DNA from: a virus
Lineage: Duplodnaviria; Heunggongvirae; Uroviricota; Caudoviricetes
Strand: one strand, 5' to 3'
IMG/VR virus record: IMGVR_UViG_3300042009_000026
Coordinates: 1-64,000 of that record
DNA length: 64,000 nt
This document shows, one piece after another, positions 58,216 through 64,000 of the stretch. The translations under genes were made by a program, and so were the position numbers. Numbering within the stretch: position 1 is the first letter of the stretch; each line of letters begins with the position of its first letter. A model generated the notes under the pieces. The model ran no database searches, was not told the origin of the DNA, and was given only the letters and a program-made list of their open reading frames with translations.

Positions 58216-59164
58216 GTGTAACTAAATTCATTCCCAGCATCCAGGATTCATGCCCTGGTTATCTGCTTATGCAGTGTAGATCGCCGCTGGGCGAGCTTTT
58301 CATCCTAGTACATAGCCTCGACTAAAATCGAAACCGGCGAGCTAGGTCTATCTACGTACTTGCCTACAACGCTTCAGTGTGATGGAGGGCAAGTAAAAGA
58401 ATCGAGGGAACCCGCTACACGCTTTGCTTAGATGGTGTTTAAACCAAATGCCGAGTAGCTCATTCCATGGGTGTATTCTAGTATACACGCAACTGCCTTT
58501 CAGCCGTCTCGTCGATTACCAGTCGCAACTGGTTCTCTGTGTATGGCCCAGTAGCCTCTTTACGGGAGTCATCTACTGGGAAGGTTACCACTACAGGACT
58601 TTCACCTTCTGTGGCCTGGCATTCCAACCAGTTCATGTAACCAAGACGGAATTGACTAATCCGTTGTAGCCGAGTCATCACGCTTCTTCGGTATGGGCGC
58701 CTTAATAATCAGGACTATCCGATCTTTGGGGTATTTGGGGTACGGGCATCGAGTTTCCCTGTTATTCCACTATTCTAGTCTTTTGTGGAACGTCATTGGG
58801 TATTATTCGTAGATCCATACAAGTGCAACTCTGCGCCCTAGTCTGAGGATTAATCAGACACCTGTATAGATCCGAGCCTATCCCTTTCAGGCTAGGACTT
58901 CACCAAGTCAATGGACTCAGTGTATGTGGAAGTTTGATGGAACGATCCTCTACCTTCATCTATTCGGACTCAGGCGACCTTTTCAGCACAGTGGGGTGGA
59001 GTGCACTTACCCAACATCCTGCCATGTCTTTCACATGCTTGTTGAAAAAGATGTAACGATCTAACCTCTTAACGCTAGTCGGCAGCTTTCCCGATTCACG
59101 CAACCTTTACCGAACACTGGAGGCAACTACCTTACCCAATATCCGAACATCTTATTCATACGCT

Positions 59165-59839
59165 TTATTCGTGCGTAGTAGACAACTCAGAGATGATGCA
59201 GATCGAACCATCTTCAACCAGTGTGGTATCGGAGTAATCAATCTGATTGTAAACACCACCATGGAATTGGAAAGTTCTATCTTTCCATGTGCTATCTAGT
59301 TTCAGCACTGGGCAGACCGACTTACGTCCATCACAAAGTACTGATACCGAAACGGAACCAGCAGCTGTGACATGTAAGCTAATCTTGAATGGTACACCTA
59401 ATGGAACGTCTTCCAGCAGCGTAAAGTTATTTATGATTGCGTCAATGAAGTTACTACGGAAACCAGCTGTGATTCTTCCTTTATTCCAGAAGACTTTCAG
59501 TGGCGGAGTAGTTGCATTCTTGACATGGACTTGTGCAATCACCACTTTCTGTGCCGAGTTAACTTTAGTAACAGTCATCGACTGGCGAGACCAGTGGTGT
59601 GGTGCGCTAGTAAGAGACCAATAGGCTGGTTCTTTCCATTCGCATCGTGTGCGGTGTGTACTTTTGCTGGACGCCCCTAATGTGGGCGCAGAGAGTTGAA
59701 TAGATCCATCTTCTAGTTGACTAACCACTTCTGGGCATTGAATCAAGGCTTCCGAACCCATGAGTTCCAATGCAACCGGGTTCTCTTCAGATACCGGCAA
59801 TGGTGTAGCGATCAAATAGTTACTGATGTCAACGAACAT
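59165..59839 (-). CDS. hypothetical protein (224 aa)
   Basis: ORF. Confidence 0.55.
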   Translation of the reverse strand: MFVDISNYLIATPLPVSEENPVALELMGSEALIQCPEVVSQLEDGSIQLSAPTLGASSKSTHRTRCEWKEPAYWSLTSAPHHWSRQSMTVTKVNSAQKVVIAQVHVKNATTPPLKVFWNKGRITAGFRSNFIDAIINNFTLLEDVPLGVPFKISLHVTAAGSVSVSVLCDGRKSVCPVLKLDSTWKDRTFQFHGGVYNQIDYSDTTLVEDGSICIISELSTTHE

Positions 59840-59861
59840 TGTTACTCTCTTTTAAATAAGC

Positions 59862-59930
59862 GAGGGTGTCCTAGGCCACTAGACGAACTGCCCCGAAGGA
59901 CAGTACCGGGGTCGAACCGATGTTTCCCTC
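59862..59930 (-). ncRNA. Non-canonical tRNA-like cloverleaf element between tRNA-Trp and ORF 59839
   Basis: On minus strand: outer stem GAGGG/CCCUC enclosing T-arm-like hairpin (AUCGG-UUCGACC-CCGGU), 7-bp hairpin ACUGUCC-UUCG-GGGCAGU, and D-arm-like hairpin (CUAG-UGGC-CUAG). Confidence 0.3.
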
Positions 59931-59936
59931 TATCAC

Positions 59937-60012
59937 TGGCGGGCATGACAGGACTTGAACCTATAACATCTGGCTTTGGAGGCCAGCGTTCTGCCAATTG
60001 AACTACACACCC
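59937..60012 (-). tRNA. tRNA-Trp (anticodon CCA)
   Basis: Stem CUGGC/GCCAG loop CUCCAAA, T-loop UUCAAGU, CCA encoded. Confidence 0.7.
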
Positions 60013-60126
60013 TAAAACTTGGTCGGGTTTTTGTTAAACCAGGCTAACCGATATCCCTGGTCCCTATCGAGTAAGCTCTAGGGGAGTCTTACTCTTACGC
60101 TCGTTTGGAGACTTAACGACAGTCTC

Positions 60127-60140
60127 TCGTATACTATTAC
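60127..60140 (-). promoter_or_regulatory. Motif B copy 2
   Basis: TCGTATACTATTAC between minus ORF 60154 and tRNA-Trp. Confidence 0.4.
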
Positions 60141-60153
60141 ACTCCCAGTAATT

Positions 60154-60348
60154 TTATCCGTAGAGTGTTCCCCAGTTAACGACTTTGTTTAGTTGTTCCT
60201 GAGTAGGGATTCTACGACGAGCTTCTTCTTCAATCTGCTTGTCATATGCTGCCATTTTTATCCGTGCTTCTTTAAGACGTTCTTTTTGTTCTTCAGTAAG
60301 CGGTTCCAGTGCATTGCGTGACAAAGCGATCAGTTTAGCTAGACTCAT
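60154..60348 (-). CDS. small hypothetical protein (64 aa)
   Basis: ORF in minus-strand small-gene run. Confidence 0.4.
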   Translation of the reverse strand: MSLAKLIALSRNALEPLTEEQKERLKEARIKMAAYDKQIEEEARRRIPTQEQLNKVVNWGTLYG

Positions 60349-60539
60349 AGAGAAATTACCTTGTTCAATAAAGCCTCAGAAGGAATAGAGTCTTGGAATA
60401 TTTTGTGGCATCGTTTATCCATTTCTGCTAATCTTTCTACTTGTTTACGCAAGCGCGCTGCTTTCTCTTCAGGTGGTTCTTGTGAACGACGGTATTCAAT
60501 CAGTTCTTCTATGGTGGCATGCGTTCTCACAATGTGCAT
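60345..60539 (-). CDS. small hypothetical protein (64 aa)
   Basis: Coupled ORF. Confidence 0.4.
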   Translation of the reverse strand: MHIVRTHATIEELIEYRRSQEPPEEKAARLRKQVERLAEMDKRCHKIFQDSIPSEALLNKVISL

Positions 60540-61044
60540 CTCTTGGCTAATAGTTCAGGAGTAACTTTCTGATTCTCTAAGTCTGTAGCGCATCGTTCAT
60601 TGAATACCCGTGAACGTTCCTGCGCGTCAGCTAATCTGGCAGCACGAGTTGGACCCATTCTTTTACGGGTTTCCCTTATCAAGTTCTCTAGGCTCATATC
60701 GTGCATCTCCGTGCTAACATTTCAGGCGTTACTTCTTGAGTTTTGGCTTGGGCTCTTAAGATACGGGTCATAACTACAGTGCGTGCACGTGCCTTGCGTA
60801 AGAACTCCTCATGGCTGGCATAGCCCATTATGACCCAACATGGTTTACGGGTTGGTTCTGTCATAACGTACACCTTTTGTTCAAGATTTCAGGAGTCATT
60901 CGTTGGCTATCTAATTGTTCATTCAGTTCTTGATTGAGTTTAGCCATACGTGCATGTTGGTGTTGTCGATATTCCATAGGGGTCATTCCCATAGCAGCAG
61001 CGGCACGATTTAATATGCGTTCAATTAGTCCTGGTGACATCATA

Positions 61045-61311
61045 TCAATCTACCTGTACTTGTACATAGACCCTAGTTGTGCCATGCATGAAGTCATAGT
61101 TGCTTACGTACTGTGCTTCATTCAAAGGCTTAGCACTGATCCATACTTGGATGATATCCTGTCCACACTTCCGTAGGATCTTAGATACGCGGTTCTGGAT
61201 ACGCCTTCGACCCACTGCAGCTATCTTAGGGAACTCACGCTTCAGCATAACTACCATTCGCTCGTGACATTCCTTACCACGTTGGATTTCATCTGGAGTT
61301 CTATACATCAC
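61045..61311 (-). CDS. small hypothetical protein (88 aa)
   Basis: ORF. Confidence 0.4.
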   Translation of the reverse strand: MMYRTPDEIQRGKECHERMVVMLKREFPKIAAVGRRRIQNRVSKILRKCGQDIIQVWISAKPLNEAQYVSNYDFMHGTTRVYVQVQVD

Positions 61312-61504
61312 TAAACGTCCTTAGAAATATGCTCTCTGCAATTGTCCACATGGTGTATGCTGGGGCATCTTTTGTTGGTTCTAGATTTGTATATACGACC
61401 ATAGGCCAACTGCAGTCTTGGGCATGACGGGCCAGATATAGAACTCTGAATGGTTTACCGGTAGGTGACTTATAAACTTTTTGTTCTTCAATTGATTCGA
61501 GCAT
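61301..61504 (-). CDS. small hypothetical protein (67 aa)
   Basis: ORF. Confidence 0.4.
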   Translation of the reverse strand: MLESIEEQKVYKSPTGKPFRVLYLARHAQDCSWPMVVYTNLEPTKDAPAYTMWTIAESIFLRTFSDV

Positions 61505-61763
61505 TGACGGTAGCCACTTCCGAGTTTATGTTAATCCATATCTGTTTGCCATTATGGATATCATCTTTCAATATCATTCCACATTCGCAGTTGTAGAGAT
61601 TATAACAGTAGTCTGGTTGGGGTTGTTGATTACGATCATCACATGTGACTAGATGCATTTGTTTACAACACATACATTTCATCATTGGCAACTCCCCTGC
61701 ACTTTTAGTCCACATTGTAGGCAGATCTCCCGCCAACCATTTTCTTTTGACTCTGGTTCCCAC
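61488..61763 (-). CDS. Cys-rich small protein (putative zinc finger)
   Basis: CMCCKQMHLVTCDD...CYNLYNCECG. Confidence 0.4.
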   Translation of the reverse strand: MGTRVKRKWLAGDLPTMWTKSAGELPMMKCMCCKQMHLVTCDDRNQQPQPDYCYNLYNCECGMILKDDIHNGKQIWININSEVATVNARIN

Positions 61764-61839
61764 TCTGGGTGAGTGCAGTCTTTTTGCTGTATCTTAGGAA
61801 CTAACTTACGTTCTTTAAATAGCCATCTGAATAGTCGCA

Positions 61840-62097
61840 TTAGTGCATCACCATTGAGCCTTCATTATGACATGCGCAAGTACACAGTTTAAGTGGTGTG
61901 CCGCACATGGTTACGATTGTGTTTATTGGATAAAATCCTCTTTTCGCAAAGACGTATTTTCCCCAATCAGTATCACGCTCTTCTTCTTCATGAATGGTAG
62001 CATCCTCACCAAACATTGCTTTCATGGATTCTGGCTTAGGATTACCTTCTTTATCCAGGTATTGACGTTCAGTATTATCGCAGCATTGTACACACAT
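61840..62097 (-). CDS. Cys-rich small protein (putative zinc ribbon); start trimmed to avoid HNH overlap
   Basis: CVQCCDNTERQY...CGTPLKLCTCACHNEG. Confidence 0.4.
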   Translation of the reverse strand: MCVQCCDNTERQYLDKEGNPKPESMKAMFGEDATIHEEEERDTDWGKYVFAKRGFYPINTIVTMCGTPLKLCTCACHNEGSMVMH

Positions 62098-62110
62098 TGT
62101 AAGTTCCTCT

Positions 62111-62527
62111 TTATGAATTAATTGCATTGATGTAGAACATGTCAAATCGTTCTGTACCCATTGGACTAATCGAATAGAACCCTGCTTCAATACGGTCGTG
62201 TTCTTCTCTGTGGCAGTTCGCACAGAGTAATAGACATTTGTCTAATTCTACTTTTATTCGATCAAAAGATTTTGTTCCACCCGATGTACTGATACCGAAT
62301 TCCTTTTCATCTGGATCAGCATGATGGAATTCAAGAGCACTTGGATTAGAACAGTATCCGCAATCGTTGCACGCGCCGCCTTTATATTCAATCGATAGAA
62401 CTTTTAATTTCCTGCGTCTATCGCTTACGGCTATGGACATGCATTTCATACAACGCCATTTAATTTGATTACCTGCACGGAAAGATCTGTATGTTACCAT
62501 TCCGTGGACTTTACATTCTTTCTGCAT
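62111..62527 (-). mobile_element. HNH homing endonuclease carrying the INS C-terminal tail (ends ...MFYINAINS)
   Basis: CNDCGYCSNPSALEFHHADP...LLCANCHREEH (HNH); C-terminal AINS. Confidence 0.65.
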
Positions 62528-62579
62528 TGTAAATTCCTATTGCGACATAAAGGAGATCTTTCGACCTCCTTTATTAAAT

Positions 62580-62664
62580 TGGCTCCGAGAACTGGGTTCG
62601 AACCAGTAGTGACTATGTCGCACGGTTAACAGCCGTGTGCCTTACCAATTCGGCGCATCTCGGA
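62580..62664 (-). tRNA. Type-II (long variable arm, Ser-like D-arm, G73) tRNA with anticodon GUU (Asn codons) - atypical
   Basis: Manual fold: acceptor UCCGAGA, D-arm GCC-GAAUUGGUAA-GGC, stem CACGG/CCGUG loop CUGUUAA, 13-nt variable arm with GAC/GUC stem, T-loop UUCGAAC, CCA. Confidence 0.55.
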
Positions 62665-62670
62665 ATGAAG

Positions 62671-62706
62671 CAGTACTTGGTCTATATTATTACATACCAA
62701 GTACTA
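62671..62706. promoter_or_regulatory. Hairpin AGTACTTGGT / ACCAAGTACT with CTATATTATTACAT in loop
   Basis: Promoter-core-like sequence presented in a hairpin loop. Confidence 0.3.
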
Positions 62707-62986
62707 TTTAAACTGTACTGGGATACCGGGCTTCCTCCGGATAATCGTTTTATCTAGACTCCCTCTCATGTCTAGCGATGCTTGAAATTATCCCAAAGAT
62801 CTCCGGTACCACAGCATTCACGGTTACCCGTTATGTGTAATATACTTCCGGCGTCATCGATGGAAATTCTTTACCTAAACAGTTCCCTAATAACTGATTA
62901 CCCTGCGCGTCAGGTCGTTCGTCTATTAGGTAGGCGTGTATGCGACGCCTCGTTTTAGTTCTGCACCTAAGTGCCTTCTGTCTAGC

Positions 62987-63060
62987 ACGCCCCTACCGGA
63001 TTTGAACCGATGACCAATGGATTATTAGTTCACTGCTCTACCAGACTGAGCTAAGGGGCG
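62987..63060 (-). tRNA. tRNA, anticodon uncertain (apparent AAU, Ile-reading if A34 modified); no encoded CCA
   Basis: Acceptor CGCCCCU/AGGGGCG, D-arm GCUC-AGUCUGGUAG-AGC, loop CUAAUAA with one A-C mismatch in anticodon stem, T-loop UUCAAAU. Confidence 0.5.
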
Positions 63061-63064
63061 ACAA

Positions 63065-63148
63065 TGGTGGATGAAGGAAGGAATTGAACCTCTAGGAGAA
63101 CCGGCGGGGTTACAGGCCGCTGACGGTAGCCATCCGTCTCTACATCAT
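63065..63148 (-). tRNA. tRNA-Tyr (anticodon GUA), type II, A73, CCA encoded
   Basis: Stem GCGGC/CCCGC loop CUGUAAC, long variable region, T-loop UUCAAUU. Confidence 0.65.
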
Positions 63149-63375
63149 CCGTATCAGCAGCAGCCGGTCCACCCGGTCATGAGGTTTTAACTCTTCTGTG
63201 CTGATAGTAAAACATTTGAAATTAACTTTGGAGAAAGGCGACTCGTTTTATCTCCTGACTTGTACCCATGCACCCATTATTGGATTGTCTAATAGACTTT
63301 CCAATGATCCACCGGGCGGCTCCTTTAATGTGGACCGGGCTGTACCTTACCGTCGTTGTAAGTTAATTTCAAAAC

Positions 63376-63452
63376 TGGCGCAACCAGCGGGACTCGAACC
63401 CGCGACCTCCTGCGTGACAGGCAGGCATTCTAACCAACTGAACTATGGCTGC
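63376..63452 (-). tRNA. tRNA-Asp (anticodon GUC)
   Basis: Near-identical to E. coli tRNA-Asp core (UAGUUCAGUUGGUUAGAAU...CCUGCCUGUCACGCAGG...GUCGCGGGUUCGAGUCCCG). Confidence 0.85.
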
Positions 63453-63640
63453 GTTATGCTGCTTGCTGTTCTCTTTTACTGACTGCGTAGTCAGCATCAT
63501 TAACAGCTTCTCGAAGTACCTGCTTATCAAGTTTCAAGTTCTTCCAACTAAGCTTGCTGCAACAGCGGCAATCAGCTGGACCGAAATCATCCAAGGGACG
63601 AGGCTTTATCTTGACTTTCATAACTACTCCAAGAGAAAAT

Positions 63641-63718
63641 TGGGGTGGACTACGGGGTTCGAACCCGTGACCCCCAGGGTCACATCCTGGTACTCTAACC
63701 AACTGAGCTAAGTCCAAC
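63641..63718 (-). tRNA. tRNA-His (anticodon GUG) with extra G-1 and C73
   Basis: Stem CCAGG/CCUGG loop AUGUGAC; acceptor 3' AGUCCAC-C-CCA; G-1 present. Confidence 0.7.
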
Positions 63719-63741
63719 ATCAAGCATCGAGGGCATTGCTC

Positions 63742-63755
63742 TCGTATACTATTAC
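63742..63755 (-). promoter_or_regulatory. Motif B copy 3, upstream (minus sense) of tRNA-His
   Basis: TCGTATACTATTAC; 24 nt from tRNA-His 5' end. Confidence 0.4.
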
Positions 63756-64000
63756 ATTCAAAGTATTATTTTACTTTGGGGCAAAGACAACTGCGATTGG
63801 GCTGCACTATTGCGCTGACCCAACCACATATAGTTGTATACAATTCAACCACTTAGTAAACGAACGACCCAGTAGTTACATCGTAATATGATTCAGCAAT
63901 CCATTTCCAATCAGGCCAACGCTTACGGAAAGCAATTCGGGCTGTTTCCATCTCTTCTGCATTCAACACGATGTCAGTATGGATATCTTTATTCCATGGC

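Noticed and set aside
58216-59164. Calling the 950-bp gap a definite RNase P RNA or group I intron
   Set aside because: Only a short GAAAGUCC-like segment was seen; no confident P4 partner or P7/P3 elements could be verified by eye, so it is left as an uncharacterised structured region
63198-63723. Plus and minus ORFs (63198-63482, 63445-63711, 63454-63723) in the tRNA cluster
   Set aside because: They overlap tRNA-Asp and tRNA-His genes and GC-rich tRNA sequence generates spurious open frames
56433-63755. Treating motif B as plus-strand (antisense) promoters identical to motif A
   Set aside because: Only the TATTAC core is shared with A; positional logic (always upstream of minus-strand units) favours a minus-strand element, but orientation remains unresolved
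1-64000. CRISPR array, integrase/att sites, rRNA
   Set aside because: No repeat-spacer periodicity, no tyrosine/serine recombinase motifs, no rRNA-like conserved segments seen; the repeated hairpins are dispersed terminator-like elements, not CRISPR repeats

Overview
This window reads as a segment of a large, tailed, lytic, T4-like or jumbo-like phage genome (inferred, not confirmed). No ribosomal RNA or CRISPR array is present.

**Layout**
- From 1 to about 51150, roughly 100 short, tightly packed, often overlapping plus-strand ORFs. They are punctuated by GC-stem/UUCG-loop hairpin terminators and a recurring promoter-like motif with core CTATATTAC.
- A bidirectional terminator near 51138-51178 separates these from a minus-strand block running to 64000.

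**Recognisable plus-strand genes**
- Two free-standing GIY-YIG homing endonucleases.
- An AAA+ ATPase operon placed directly upstream of a PRPP-synthetase-like gene and a 603-aa NAMPT-like gene. This pair has the architecture of the NARP1 (Adps/Namat) NAD-reconstitution anti-defence pathway (Osterman et al. 2024; cited from memory).
- A ThyA-family enzyme (471 aa) with two large insertions.
- An ATP-dependent RNA ligase with an N-terminal tRNA-binding-like OB domain.
- A class II CCA-adding enzyme with an HD domain.
- An SPFH/band-7 lipoprotein.
- A family of at least nine small paralogous proteins ending in a shared C-terminal tail [W/Y/F]-A-x-x-[I/V]-N-S.

**Minus-strand block**
- RtcB RNA ligase.
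- An RlmN/Cfr-like radical-SAM enzyme.
- An HNH endonuclease.
- Cys-rich mini-proteins.
- Eleven tRNA genes.
- ORF-free structured regions.

**Main finding**
The most interesting feature is a tRNA-centred RNA repair and modification island. It combines RtcB, the radical-SAM enzyme, the CCA enzyme and the RNA ligase with the tRNA genes. Two of those tRNAs have type-II (long variable arm) bodies but non-Leu/Ser/Tyr anticodons (GCA and GUU). A non-canonical tRNA-like cloverleaf sits beside them. All coordinates and calls are by eye and need tool confirmation.
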